DNA of 64,000 bases from Antedon mediterranea (Eukaryota; Animalia; Echinodermata), in contig NC_092680.1 of assembly GCF_964355755.1 (NCBI RefSeq), forward strand, positions 13,711,045 through 13,775,044, written 5' to 3'. Each line of letters begins with the position of its first letter. Position 1 is the first letter of the stretch. This document shows positions 39,501-52,674 of this stretch, piece by piece. Made by a program: the position numbers and the translations under genes. The notes under the pieces are model-generated. The model ran no database searches, was not told where the DNA came from, and saw only the letters and a list, made by a program, of their open reading frames with translations.

Positions 39501-42500
39501 AATAAATTATCACTGAAATCATGTATCTTAAAGCCCCATTCCCTACGTTTTTTAGATCTAATTTAAGATCACAAACTATATTTAATGTAAAAATAATACT
39601 ATATGGTCCTATTGCGATAACTTTTTTCATCTTTAAACGGTTAAAAATGTGAAAAATAAATCAATTCTAATAATTATAGCGGCCCGCTATAAATCCCAAA
39701 ATCCATTGCGCGCGGATTGATATTTTTGTTTTTCACCTGTAATTCGCCCACTTTTCAATCGATCGTGAAGCCAAAACAAATGGAAGACTTCTAACTTTTC
39801 AGCGAAAATACCGGATTTTCCCCAATTTGTATCAACGGAGTCTGGCAAAAATAGAAAGACAATAAATGCAGCAACTATACAACGTCAGGCTAGGTATATA
39901 GCTAGCGTACGATGTTCGTACGTTACCGATGTTTACCAGCTAGGCCTACAAAACTAAGCCTAGCTAGGCTAGGCCTGAGACCGTCCACGAGAGTTCGATC
40001 GCCGCGAGCTACTTAGGTAGTGCATTGTTTCTCACTTTTTATCATAATTTACCATCAAACGTACATTTAAGACAAGGAATGACATGGTTTAATGTTTTTA
40101 AAGTGATATATATGTATTATTTTCCAAAAAACGTCCAAAATTGCAGGGAAGGGGTCTTTAACATTAAATTTATAATTTTGGATTTTTCATATATCTGGTA
40201 ATTGATGTACACTAGTGCTATTTTAGTTTCTAAATTTTAATCATTCAAGCTAATTTTGGTCCATGGGAACTTGGTCCTCAGCATGGATTTGCACGAACAT
40301 CCAGATGGACACTTAAAGAAACGGTAAGTATGATAAGAGAAAATTAAGCTTGCCACGTTCATTATAGTTAAAAGGTGGAGACTGGTTTTATCAAAAAGGA
40401 TGGCGATCAGGATCAAAGAGGGTCAGAAACCTGGACTTTCCGTAAGTCTTAAGTTAATTGCCTTTTCCATCATGTCGCGAGTGTTCCTTTACAAATGCCA
40501 CAGTGATTTTTTTGTTTTACTTAAATCTGTAAAATTAGATTTATGGTTTTTTATCTAACCTAGAATGAAAACAGTGATGAGTCTAAAGCTGTTTTTACTT
40601 TGCAAGATTCTGAAGAAACCAATAAAATGTGGAACTACAAGTATGTATCACTTTTTAAAATGTGATATTATATTCTAAATCCGTTAAAAATTTTTTGTAA
40701 ATTTCAATATTTCAGCATCATCTTTTTAGGATATTATTGCCTCCGAGTCTATCCCATTTTCAAAAACCAATTTATGTGTTTTTTTAAAATTATTTTGTTC
40801 ATTTTTGATAAGGTGATTTAGGGGAGGGTGTAATTTTTCTTGAATCTGCTGTTGATTTATATTAGAGGCAAGGCTTATATACATTTTATTTACCTTCGCC
40901 AAGGATGTATATGTATTGATTGCGTGTCACCGACGGCAGCATTAGGACACAAAAATTTAAAATATATATACTTTTTTCCCGGTGAAATCTTATGTAGGAG
41001 ACTTTTATAGTAGGCGGAGGTATGCACTCTAGTAGGAGTGGTGTTCTAGTTAGTAAATAATGTTATCAATATAATAGAAACTGAAACAAAATTAAATAAT
41101 ATTTATTATTCTTTTAGATTTTGTGTCAGTTATATACTTTTGTTAAGAAAAAAAGAATTTGAGGCCAGATTGCAAGTTGAAAATATAGGTAAGAGTGTGC
41201 TCTATATTGATCATTCATTGGTGGTTCTTTGGATGTATTGTAGGTTGATTTTTGGTTATCCGCAACAAAGATCATCAACATCTTTTTTTTTTTGTGTCTT
41301 GCGTATCTCTAAAACTTGCAAACATGACAGTTCGTAACTTTCTCAACATATCGTCAGTCACGTAAAGTTGTGCAGCTACCATTTTCATGACGTTTACAAT
41401 TGTGCAACGAGACCTACGCATGATTTATGAATTTTGCGTTTTTAACATTATATTAAGGTTAAAAACAAAATAACATTTTAAATTAAAACTTAGCAAAAGT
41501 GTAATTTATATCATGCGTGTTTCATGTAATTTTAAGCATGTAAAAATGACATGAAACGCGTAGAAAGTTTATTTTTCGCACATAGTGTTAAAAACAGAAT
41601 TTTTTCGCATGAATTATGTTTTTTCAGCTTTTTCTAGTAATTTTACCAAATTTTAAACATTTCGACTTAAAATCATGTCATACGAGCACGTCAAATTAGA
41701 CAATTCGTGTGCGTTTTTGACGAAAATGTTGGTCTTTTTTTAAAAAGTCAGTGTTTAAAATAAACCATGGAGTACTCCATGAATAAACGGTGAAATTTAT
41801 TTTTATTACATATTCTGGAAGGTGATGAGTTGTAGATATCGGATCATGCATCAATATAGCTAACCGGACATTGTAACGTCATCATATGGCCACTTGAATA
41901 TGAAATATAGGATATTTGTCTCTTTTGTCATAGCTATCACATTTGATAGAACAAATCTCCATTTATGCTCCATTTTTTAAATTTTGATGACGTCACCATG
42001 TTAAAAAAGTGAATTACTTGGGTCACTTATTTTCATCATTACAGTAAATTTCAATATGTAATAGCTCCTCAGAATGAAAAGTGATACTCATGATTTAAAC
42101 GTTTTCTGGAAGCTGTTGAATTGTAGATACGAATTCATGTACACATTTTGCGCATTGGATGTTGTGACCTTAAATGGCCAGTTGAATTATAAAAGTCATA
42201 TTTTCATCTTTTGCGTCATAGTAAACAAGCAATTAATATGTTGTTGCTCAGATAATTCCCTTCCAAAATTGCTATCTACGTGTTTCATTTTGATCACGTC
42301 ATCATTAAAAATTGGAATAAATCGCGGGTCCCGTTATTTTCACGTATGCTGCACTGTACATAGTATGTATACAGTATATAGTGTATACTGTATATCAAAT
42401 AGAGACAACTAACAACATTTTACTTTCTTCAGGTCACAATGGCATAATTAGTTTTTCTGTGCACAATATTCTAACGTATGACGTACGTGTGGCATTTGCG

Positions 42501-44591
42501 CGGCATATAACCTAACTCATCCATAGGGATGAGTTCAAATCTAGTTACTAATTCTGTTCGAGAAAGCCTTATGCCATGGACAGGCTACGTTTTCCAGTAC
42601 CATATTATGGTAAATTAATTTTTATTTATTAACATACTATCTGGAAACTATCAGGCTCTGAAGAATTTAAGTTTACTACTCTTCTACACACATACTTGTC
42701 TGTTTCCGATGTCAACAAGTCAACAATCTCAGGTCTTCAAGGACTGCAATACATTGATAAGGTAGGACCAAGCATAAATTCATCAACATGAATAATTTCA
42801 GCTAGATACTGCAATGGTTATTATTTATTATTCTAATTTCTGGAGACAAGCCACAAGAAAAAGACCATATAAGTTTATTAAAAAATGTTTTTTGTTTTAA
42901 GGTTTGTGGCGGGAAAACCTTCACAGAAGACCGGGAATTAGTTGGTGTACAGGAGAATTACGACAGGTAAGAATAACTATACTTTTAACGATGAACTAGA
43001 TTTGAACTCGTCACTTTGACGAGTTCGGCTTATCCCGGAAATGCAACATGCACATTAAAATATATGATCAAAATTATCAACAATTTTTATGCCATCTTAT
43101 GACATGAATTAAATAAGTTTACAGTGTTGAATTGTACCTATTTTGTATCATACAGCATATTACAGTATTTACAGAATACACTGTATATGTTATATACAGT
43201 GTAGCATAGATGAAATTATGAGACCCATCTTTAGATAATTATAATAATTACATTAATAAACATTTGAAGAATTTTGGGCACGTAAAATTGAGATGCGCTC
43301 TCTTTTAAACTGCATTATGATGACGTCATGTTATCAGATAGACAACATTTTGATATGAATTCATATCTACAATTCAGCTTCCATAATAAGTTTTAAGGTC
43401 ACTTTTCATTCCGATGAGCTATAACAGATTAAAATATACTGTATAGATGAAATTAAGTAACTCACTTTATTATAATTTTTTGATATGATTACGTAATAAA
43501 AATTACAATTTTTGTAACTCATGTAAAAGAAAATTGATTGAAAAGAATATAATTATTAAAATCTAGGTGAAAATGGGGAACACATTAGCGCGATGTGCTC
43601 TATTATTAAATTGGATCAATTAATTAATTAATCTATTCAAAAAATTTGAGTGGCCATTTTAGGGTGATGTCAGAATATCCGGTAGGTACAAATTTTACAT
43701 GAATTAGTATCTACAACTCATCAGCTACCATAATAAAATTTAAAACACACTTATAGTATACTAATATATTAGTAATTGTATTTTGTTATTTGAATGTAGA
43801 GTCTATATGTCAACACCTAACACCCATGTGGTTACAAATTCCACTGGTGGACGAAGCATTCGTATCACAAAGACTAATTTTCCTGATACAGGTACAGTAT
43901 ACATGCATGTTTATTAAGTCTACTAAAAATGGCTTGTTTGTCAAACACACTTAATAATAATTAATATACACACATTATGGTAAAAGAAAAGCTATGGTCA
44001 TATATTCCACTCTATGCAATTTGTTGGGGTTCGGGCGAACCCCCTTTTACCAGCGAACCCTCCCCCCGCCCCCACCCTTGAAAAACAAAGGCCCCACTTC
44101 CAAAATCGTGCAATTAATTATCATTGATAGAATACTGTAAGGTAAAACTGATTAAAACAACCGAAATTGCTCTGAGAGCCAAAGCTTCCGGGGGTCCTTA
44201 GCGGCACCCTGGCCCCTATAGCCTACAGCCTACAGTTACTCGCTGCGCTCACAAAATAGATGCATTCTGGCTACGGGCCTGAATTTGTAGTCATTTTTTG
44301 GTTATTATATTATACAAAGTTTACAATATTTGCACAATTTGTTTACCTATAGCTACATCATAATATAGCATTGTTTCAATAGACCATGCTTATTGATTGA
44401 TGCCGATTTTAATATTTATATTATTTACAGTGGTTTGGAACCCATGGATTGAGAAAGCTAAAGGAATGTCAGATTTTGGAGATGATGAGTATTTGTGTAT
44501 GCTCTGTGTTGAAGCTGGCCATGTTGCTTCACCCTTGACCCTTTCAGCTGGTGGTGTTTTTGAAGGAAAACAAGTTCTTTCTATCTGTTGA
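36507..44591 (+). CDS. Glucose-6-phosphate 1-epimerase / D-hexose-6-phosphate mutarotase (aldose 1-epimerase family), 10 exons
   Basis: Exons 36507-36570, 39267-39318, 39411-39469, 40250-40323, 40564-40640, 41118-41188, 42655-42761, 42902-42966, 43800-43891, 44431-44591, all GT-AG and in phase. Motifs HGATVTSW, KAIRGGIPVIFPNFG, QHGFARTSRW, LLHTY, DRVY, DTVVWNPW, MLCVEAG. Confidence 0.93.
36615..38809. mobile_element. Nested MITE cluster in epimerase intron 1 (outer CAGGG...CCCTG hAT-like ends)
   Basis: CAGGGGCAGATCCAGG at 36615 and TAAATCCGGCCCTG ending 38809; internal GGACGATTCGG repeats (37028-37100) and other fragments. Confidence 0.45.
37920..38308. mobile_element. MITE with ~45-bp TIRs (Harbinger-like)
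   Basis: AGAGAGGTTTCGCAATCTTACGAATACGATAACGAAAACGGATACGTCA and its reverse complement. Confidence 0.75.
39532..40157. mobile_element. Kolobok-type MITE (TTAA target)
   Basis: TTAA-AGCCCCATTCCCT...AGGGAAGGGGTCT-TTAA. Confidence 0.7.
40886..41051 (+). mobile_element. HINE/DINE-1-like element
   Basis: 5' TTTACCTTCGCCAAGG, 3' GGCGGAGGT + CACTCT..GGAGTG stem-loop + TTCTAGTT. Confidence 0.7.
41766..41781. other. 16-bp perfect palindrome CATGGAGTACTCCATG with 7-bp TSD (probable P-like excision footprint)
   Basis: AATAAAC directly on both sides (41759-65, 41782-88). Confidence 0.7.
41790..42546 (+). mobile_element. Long HINE/Helentron-like element with internal subrepeats
   Basis: 3' stem-loop AACTCATC..GATGAGTT followed by CAAATCTAGTT; inverted relative of 42994-43745. 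Confidence 0.6.
42994..43745 (-). mobile_element. Long HINE/Helentron-like element (inverted relative of 41790-42546)
   Basis: AACTAGATTTGAACTCGTCA..TGACGAGTT terminus; shared ATCTACAACTCATCA and GATGACGTCA blocks. Confidence 0.6.
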
Positions 44592-46532
44592 ATCAAATCT
44601 TTAAAATGTGTCCGAAATAAAATGTGTAGTTACTAGAACAATGATAACTGGAAACGAAACACAATTTACATTTAAGTATAAGAATATTATTTTAAGTGTG
44701 TACCCAGATTTTTGAAGACCCCTACCCAATCTGAGCACCTTTCTTTCAATCCAATACTGAAGAGATTTTCAATTACTACATAAGACCGAAGAACTATATA
44801 CTGTGTCTGGGCATAGAATGCGCACAATAAATAATTAGGTCCTACAGTAGGTGGTAGCAAATCGAAAGCTCAATATTATAAGGTTAGGGTAGTAAGTTTA
44901 GACTACTTGTCTTTTCATAGCTTTCTTTCAGTACTTGGAATACAAAAGGTAAAGTAATATATTAAGAATATTTTTATGTTGATATGTGTCTTTATTAGAT
45001 TTTGATTTGGTTTTATCACATACTATACTATACATATTGTACTGTACTGTACAGTAATAACAGAGTATTGTATGATACTTTAGGATACAGTAATAACCAT
45101 CCATATGTTTTTAGTATAAATTTCTTCCTGACACTATCTTATTACATTATGTAGTAACTATCATAGGCACAAAGCTTACTGTATGTTATAATACTAGTCT
45201 TAAGGCTGATAAGCTACAGGGAATGACAAATCTACGTTTTCCCTCCCTGATTTACATTTTTTATATTACCATAATATAATCACATTTACATATAATTGTT
45301 TATCTCTCAATGTTAGATGTTCCTAATAGTATATAGTTATTATTAATACATATTTTCATTTTTACAAGAGATTTCCAAACAATCAAAATACTGTACACAT
45401 GAAGCTTACAGTATATACACTGTAATAAACTGACTAAAACATAGAACAGAAATATTATTTTACAAAAGGTTGTGGTTGATTACAATGTTTTGTTTTGTGC
45501 GCATTGTCTACATTTTTAGTTTAGTGCTTTATTTTTAGTAAGTTTTATTCTCAAGACTTGTGGGAACATTCATTTAACAGGACAATAAAATAAATTTATA
45601 ATTATAAGAGTGTCGTGTGCTTTGTAAACAATACTAGGGATTCAGATGCTCAACACGAATTAGTAATTCTGTACATAAAAAATATTGTTCTCATCCAATT
45701 CCGATCTATACAAAAACAATATATTATTCTTGGGAGATGTTTTTTTACTATGATAGTTTCATAGGTCTTAAACATTTTTATACATTAATGTATCCAACGA
45801 AAATTATATTTTTTTAGAAACTAAAAACACAAAATTATACAATATTATTGATTTTATATCATTTTTTGTCACCTTTTAAAAGTATTTATCAATTAAGTAT
45901 CAATTCCTCGATCATGCAACCAAATTAAAACTAACAAACAGTTACTAATCTAATTGATATCAATAAACCATCTTTTTTGAACAAAAATTATAAACATAAC
46001 GAGCAGTCTTTAGTCTTACCATAAAGTAAAGAGTACCACTTTAGCTTAATACTAATAGTACCAATATATCCACTACAGTATTTTGTTTTTAGACTTTTTT
46101 AATTCACTAATTCATACACTCGCACATTCAGGGGAGGATCCAGGATTTTTTAAATGATGGGGCACTTACATGTAATATTGGTTTTTTTTTGTTAACCTGC
46201 TCTCTTTCACCAATGTTAAACTTCAATTTGACTTGTTTTATTTTTTATGGTATCTTATCAATAATCTGTCAAAAATAGATTATGAAAAAACTAACATTTT
46301 TTGGGAGCATGATATCAAATTGCTCCCCTGCAAATTTCATTCTTCTTATTACATATTTTCATCACAACCACCTGAGGTTAAGCATCTGTCTCTCTAAAAT
46401 TATTTTGGTTTAATGGTTTGTTCGGTGGCAGATGTAAATCATGTTTCATTGAAATCATACTTATTTTAATTAAAAACAGCTCCCCTTATAACATGATGTG
46501 GTGGGACTTTATCTTTGGATTCTCTGTTAAAT

Positions 46533-48676
46533 TCATGTGTAGAAAATAATTTCTGGGATTTGTCCATCTTCGACCGATGTTCCATTGTTGTTGCCGGAGG
46601 CGTAGCTGAACTGGAACACAACTTTGCCATTTGGAAGAGATTCATGAATCATTTTACGCTTGCCCTTTGTACCATAGTAAGAATCAGGACCCTATAAATA
46701 AAATAAACAAATTCAGTTGTACAAATGCAACAATAAGAAAAAATGCCAGTCTCCTATTAAATGTTTTGCTGTATTTTACAGAAAATAAAACTTTTATTAA
46801 ATTGAACAGACTTTTTACAAACCTTATATTACATAATGTTGTATTGTTGATATCAATCAGCTCATGCTAGCTGGGTAACTATTTTAAAATATGGTGAAAT
46901 AAATAAAGAAATGTAGTGTTGTGATTTTCAAGAAGAAGTAAAAAAATATTCTACTGTGCCAGCAGACTTACCTTTAAGGTAGCACTGGCTATATAGTTAA
47001 CGTTAGGTTGGATTTCAATGGGCTCTTTAAACATAACACGAAATGTAGAGTCCGAGCCATCACAGCTAAATCCAGTGTCATTCTGACCAAGTAAATTGTC
47101 TGTGTCTGCATGAATTATCTTAAAATACAAACAATTTGATTTGTTAATGTTAATAGTAGTGCCCTTTTAACTGAAAACATGCTTTTTAGTCACGTGCAAC
47201 GCGACTCTAGAGCTCACTATGTCGGTCGGAAAACACTAACTTGAGCACGCGACTGCAGTCATATGTATATGGCCTTTTTATTAGTTAGTAGCTCCTCAAA
47301 TGAAAAGCTACTGTATATAACATTGTCCATATTCCTTCAACAAGTTATGAATATGTGCAGAAAAGGAACGGGAATTCATATATAAAAGTTTTGATTTTTA
47401 CCTGTATATTAACTTGATAATCAGCAGGCCCATGAATTGATCCATATAGTCCAAACCCAACAACAAAAATCCGCTTATGGACTAGAAATCTGCCAACAAA
47501 ATTATATGATTATTATAAAATCCAGCGAGAAACACTCTGTGGCATGTTTGAAGTGTTGTACTTTGCAGACAGATTTAAATAATTATACTCTTCGTTCTAA
47601 AAACCAAAAACTTTTGACTATAATAATAATACTTTATCATACCTTATTCTATCACTTGTTCCACTGTACCCCCACCTGCTTTCAATCTGGTGAAACCGTT
47701 GAATAATTTGTTCTTTTCCTGTCAAACAACACCTTGGTTTTGAAGGAAAATCTACACCAGGTTTTGGGTTCACTGTAAAATGTAGGAAAAGGTTGACAAC
47801 TTCCTTGTCATCAAGGATACCAGACTGTGCAGGGAGACTTGCAAATTCTTCAATTGTCATAAGTGGAAAGCGAATTGATTTCAAAGCTCTTCCTAAAACC
47901 TGTCTTTTATTCTCGGATGTCCGAGCTAGTTCTTGCCGACTGCATTCGGCTTCTGACCAACGTACAATAGCTTCAAACAATTTACACTCGCGAATACCAA
48001 GCGTGTCACGTTCAAGCACGACGATCAATGTTTCCCAATCAATATCCGTAAATCCTTCGGCACTCAATGCTTCAGAGGTATTTTTATCGATCATTTCTAA
48101 ACACAGAGCAGCAAGTTGTGGTTCATCAAAAAGTCGTGCTTGTGTCAATAACAGGAATGCATTATCAGACCCCAAGTTTTTTTTTAAAAAGTCAACACAG
48201 GCGGATTCAAGTGCTGGAACAGCATATTTTTTTGCTGTGTATAGTGTATGCATTACTGTCTCATGTCCTATCAATACTTCATCTGAGTACAAGAATTTCA
48301 ACAAGGCTAGGAAAGCTGCTGGCTCAATGTCTGGCAATTCAACTTCAGACGATGTTGTGGCCATTCCGCCATTGAACATTGCATCAAATACTGCGCTTCC
48401 GACCGACAAAACAAACTTGTGGGCTGGTATTCGTTGTGTTTGCATTCCCTTGCCAACAATAAAGTGGACATCACTTAGGATTTCATTGTTGAACATGTAA
48501 GCAAAGCGTTCCTTTACACTGGTTTTACCGGCTTGCCAATTGTAGGGGGCAGCTGGAGGATGGTGTACAGGTTGATGGATTGGGTTTGGAAGAGCTACTT
48601 GGGCTGCTGCAGCTACTGCCGGTGCTATAGGTATGTTTGCACCAAGATCAATGTTTTGTACCCTATCCCCAGCCAT
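46533..48676 (-). CDS. BTBD2: BTB/POZ-BACK-PHR domain protein (BTBD1/BTBD2 orthologue group), 4 coding exons
   Basis: Exons 48676-47643, 47489-47402, 47118-46972, 46691-46533. [65 protein letters not shown]-terminus [24 protein letters not shown]1 and BTBD2 cannot be distinguished. Confidence 0.93.
47184..47277 (+). mobile_element. Short HINE-like element in a BTBD intron
   Basis: TTTTTAGTCACGTGCAACGCGACTCTAGAGCTCACTATGTCGGTCGG...GCACGCGACT...ATATGGCCTT. Confidence 0.65.
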
Positions 48677-49159
48677 TTTATTGATTTGTGAAGCCTGAAG
48701 AGTGTAGAAAAAAAATTATTTAATTTATATTATTATTTCTAAATTCTAATTAAGACTAAGAAACAAATGCATGGTAGTCCATGTTGATACTGTATAAAAC
48801 AATGATTTTGACAAGGCACTTGGTTGACCTTGCCGATAAACTCTAATGTACACTAAATATAATAAGGTTTATATTGCAAATAGCGTAGGAAGGAAAGGAG
48901 GGCAGGCACGCTGTGTTTACAAGATTTGTTGTTTACTTTTTTTCACTCAACTATTCCTTCTCACTAGTCGCTGTAAATTTGTTCAAAACAAAAGCATTTT
49001 TTAGTATATAAAATAAGAATCTAATAAATAACAACACGTAAATTAGGTATACATAAATCAAAAGAATTCTAGATAAGGTTAGGGGCCTATTTTTCTTCAT
49101 AAAACTACTTGGTTGTGAGGTATTCACGATAAAGTTAGTTTACATATTGAAATACAAGA

Positions 49160-49676
49160 GAGGTGCGATACGGAACGAGCACCGGCGTAGCTAGCTAGCT
49201 ATACAGGCCGAGATAGGCTAACCGCCTTCCAGGTGCGATACGGAACTAGCACCGGCGTAGCTAGCTATACAGGGCAAGAAAGGCTAACCTCCTTTCAGGT
49301 GCGATTTTTTTTTTTTTTTTTTTTAATTATTTCTGATATAAAATCAATAGGATAAAAACACAAAAAAGTACCGAGACGGCTCTAGCATCGGCGTAGCTAG
49401 CTAGCTATACAGGCCAAGATAGGCTAACCTCCTTTCAGGTGCGATACGAAACTAGCACCGGCGTAGCTAGCTAGCTATACAGGCCAAGATAGGCTAACCT
49501 CCTTTCAGGTGCGATACGGAACTAGCATCGGCGTAGCTAGCTAGCTATACAGGCCAAGATAGGCTAACCTCCTTTCAGGTGCGATACGGAACTAGCATCG
49601 GTGTAGCTAGCTAGCTAGCTATACAGGCCAAGATAGGCTAACCTCCTTCCGGGTGCGATACGGAACTAGCACCAGC
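49160..49676. repeat. ~70-bp minisatellite (~7 copies) with variable (GCTA)n
   Basis: AGGTGCGATACGGAACTAGCA.CGGCGTAGCTAGCTAGCTATACAGGCCAAGATAGGCTAACCTCCTTTC, interrupted at ~49305-49375. Confidence 0.9.
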
Positions 49677-50534
49677 GTTTTATTGTAAGGGGAATCCCCG
49701 GATTGTATCACGGTAAACAAAATCATGTGCTGAAGAACAACAGGCTCACAGGAAGGTTTACTCGTCTCATCTCCTACCACCATATAACATAACATATTAC
49801 ATAGCCTATATAAATATGTGAACGTGATTGGTTGAATTGAAAGTGCATCACATTACCACCGCTGCGAGGATCGTAAATCGTACTGTATATATCATAGAGT
49901 AAGATAATATTGACTGAGTAATTTTCGCGTAATTATCGTGTCCCTGTCATTAAACATATAAAATTCTCGAGTACGAGATATTGACTGTGTAATTTTCGTG
50001 TGGCAACACTAGCGTTTGGTGATAAATAAACAAAAGTCATCTACTAACTAGGACTCGCGATAATTTGTCACACCATTACAAGACAATGTTTCATCCGTTG
50101 CGCCACCAAAACTATTTAAACTATGCATACATAGCGCCCTCATTTGTTATTAGTCTTCTCTAGACGTAATGAAAGATCGTTTGTGATTGGTGGTTAATAA
50201 TCATGATAGTAACCTGGTACGCGTTGCGCGCTGAACATCCGGTGATTCGGCTCCTCGAAAGAGAGAAATTATTATTTATTCGGCCTACCTGATGATAATA
50301 ATATTATTATTATAACTGTAGGCTTATTGATGGAAATTCTTCTGTTAATTTAAACGACCTAGGTCTTCAGTAAGTGATTATTTTATTGCCAAGGAATCTT
50401 TAATTAGTAATTATCTGTATATTATTCCTTGCAAGGTAAGGTGAATGCAACGCCTAACTATGCAGGCTTATTACAAGGAGGCCTAGCTACACCTGACCCA
50501 GCAGTAGATATTCAACTTGTTGTTGGCTATGTAA

Positions 50535-50678
50535 TATAACAGATATCGCCTTTTATATCGGTAAAATATAAGATTTTACAACCCCTTGGGAATGATAATA
50601 TGTTCTCGGGGAATATATATTTCCTCAGAGATGTCAAATCTTATATTTTAACCTCTAAGCATGCAATATCTGTAATAT
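50535..50678. repeat. Imperfect ~140-bp hairpin (small palindromic element)
   Basis: ACAGATAT..AAAATATAAGATTT..GGGAAT paired with ATTTCCTC..AAATCTTATATTTT..ATATCTGT. Confidence 0.55.
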
Positions 50679-51189
50679 TAAAATGATTACATTTAAATAT
50701 TGTTAACATTTAATATTATTATTAGTTATAAACAATCATATTTTTACAATAACGGTAATTTGGAAAAGCACATCCTTTCCTCACCTGTAATAAAGTAAAT
50801 GAAATAATAATAATAATAATAATATCCTGGATTATATAGCGCCTAATTTTGTGAAAGCAGCACTGCTGATCATAATATTATCCCAGTCATTTTTTCCTGA
50901 TCAAACACGTATGGAAACATGGAAAATAATAAATACTCATCGTCTAAAAATATAAATAATCTACAGTAGGCATGACTATAAAAACGATCACGAAATGTAT
51001 AATAAAAACGAAAATGTATTTAGTGCGCCAAATACAAAATGGCGCGACGCAATAAAACCCAATCAATCGATTTAAAAAACACGAGATATGATGATAACAA
51101 ATGCATAGCTAGCTAGACTGACGCGCGCCATAAAAAATTCCAAAAGTTCTTTTAGTTTAATTGCGACCAAAAATCGTCCTAAAACATTG

Positions 51190-51330
51190 TTGGGCCTGAC
51201 CGTCTTGCGCTTTGGGCCCGATAGTCTTAGAATGGGCCCGATAATCTTAGAATGGGCCCGATAATCTTAGAATGGGCCCGATAGTCTTAGAATGGGCCCG
51301 ATCGTCTGTGGTCCTGATCGTCTGTTCCCC
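51190..51330. repeat. 20-bp tandem repeats (TGGGCCCGATA.TCTTAGAA), MITE end
   Basis: 5-6 copies ending GATCGTCTGTTCCC. Confidence 0.75.
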
Positions 51331-51509
51331 GTTGGTTTGGGGGATCCGGGATACGGGTTGACCAGCACCCGAAGGCCTAGCTAGCTAGGCCTAGGAGATT
51401 ATACATACATTTTTAATACTTAAGTGCAGGAACAACAACAACTATACCAACTACATGGGCTGAGGAATGATTATTGAAACAGTATGTACAGTTTTTAAAA
51501 TATAATTAC

Positions 51510-51640
51510 CTATCAAAGGGTATTAAATAACAAAACTAAGTTCACATCACACCACACAGACAACAGGCCACAGGCGTTGTCGCCATATATTTTGTCAAAA
51601 CATTTTTTTCTTCTTGTTGATTGTGCATTGATTGTTACGA
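51510..51640 (-). other. Candidate non-coding first exon of BTBD1/2
   Basis: Donor AG|GTAATT near 51510 and an ATGGCG (YY1-like) motif at 51582-87; the coding exon has an acceptor at 48695-96. Confidence 0.4.
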
Positions 51641-51914
51641 AGACCTAGAGGGGACATAATAAATTCAGCAAAGCCAAAAGGGTACACACGAATTAGTTCG
51701 CGATATTTCATTTCATTTCATTTATTTCGTCTCACATAATTATAACAAAAAATAACAAACAATAGAGAGAGACAGGATTCCCAAAAGCGAACTAAATCAA
51801 ATCAATCAACAATTTTTAAATTTACGATTAACCCTCCCTTTGTACTATGGGGGAGGGGGGAGGGGGGAATCCTACCAAAATAGACGTTTCACTGTAGGCC
51901 AACATAACTACACA

Positions 51915-52578
51915 AAAAACATGCCATTATTTTCATTTAGACTGAATATGAATGCATGTCTTGAACATTTTGAGATCAAAATTGACTTTCTGCGACCAGT
52001 GGTTGCCGAGATATATAGGCCTAACCATTGACCCTGACCCTTTGATCTTTTGTAACATTTTAAAAAAAAATGGGTAACAAATAACAAAATTTATATTTAT
52101 ATATAATTTATATATAAATAATACAATTCAGACCAAATTCAAGTGTCTACGATGTAGGCTAAGATACATATTATATAATGCCCTGGGTTGTGCGTCAAGG
52201 GTCAGAAATAGCATTTCCGGTCATTTTTGACTAAAATGTCCCATATAAAGCGTGGTTCCCACTAGCGACGCAACGCAAGGACGTATCGCAACGCAAGTGA
52301 ATTGACCAATCACAAGCGATGGCTTATTCGCTTGTCATTGCTAAAGTAACTGTCTATAACTTCGCTTGCGTTGCGTTTACGTCGTTTTACGTCCTTGCGT
52401 TACGTTCTAGTGGGAACCAAGCTTTAGACTGAATAAAAATGTATACCTTCTGATCAATTTGAGACCAAAATTACCTTGCTGTGACAAGCCAAAATCGATT
52501 GTTTAACACTAAACTTATTTCTGAAGTCAAATTCTCTGGACCTACCTCAAAATACGAAAGTTCATATAGCTACCAGAT
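51915..52578. mobile_element. Solo diverged TIR of the 18151-21866 Academ-like family
   Basis: Colinear similarity to 21400-21866 (GGTCAGAAAT.GCATTTCCGG, GAAGTCAAATTCTCTGGACCT). Confidence 0.8.
52249..52423. mobile_element. Harbinger-type MITE nested in the solo TIR
   Basis: AGCGTGGTTCCCACTAG...CTAGTGGGAACCAAGCT inserted at the TTA of CCCATTAGACTG. Confidence 0.8.
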
Positions 52579-52674
52579 TAGTACGCGATATTATTTTTTA
52601 AAATTATTATTATGTCCCCTCTAGGGCTTCGTAGATTGGCTCTTGACAACTTAGAGTATTTATGCGGCCCGACG

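Noticed and set aside
40368-40441. Cassette exon or snoRNA in epimerase intron 4
   Set aside because: 74 nt would frameshift, the upstream intron would be 44 nt, and no convincing C/D or H/ACA structure was seen.
47793-48500. 235-aa antisense ORF over BTBD
   Set aside because: Shadow of the real coding strand.
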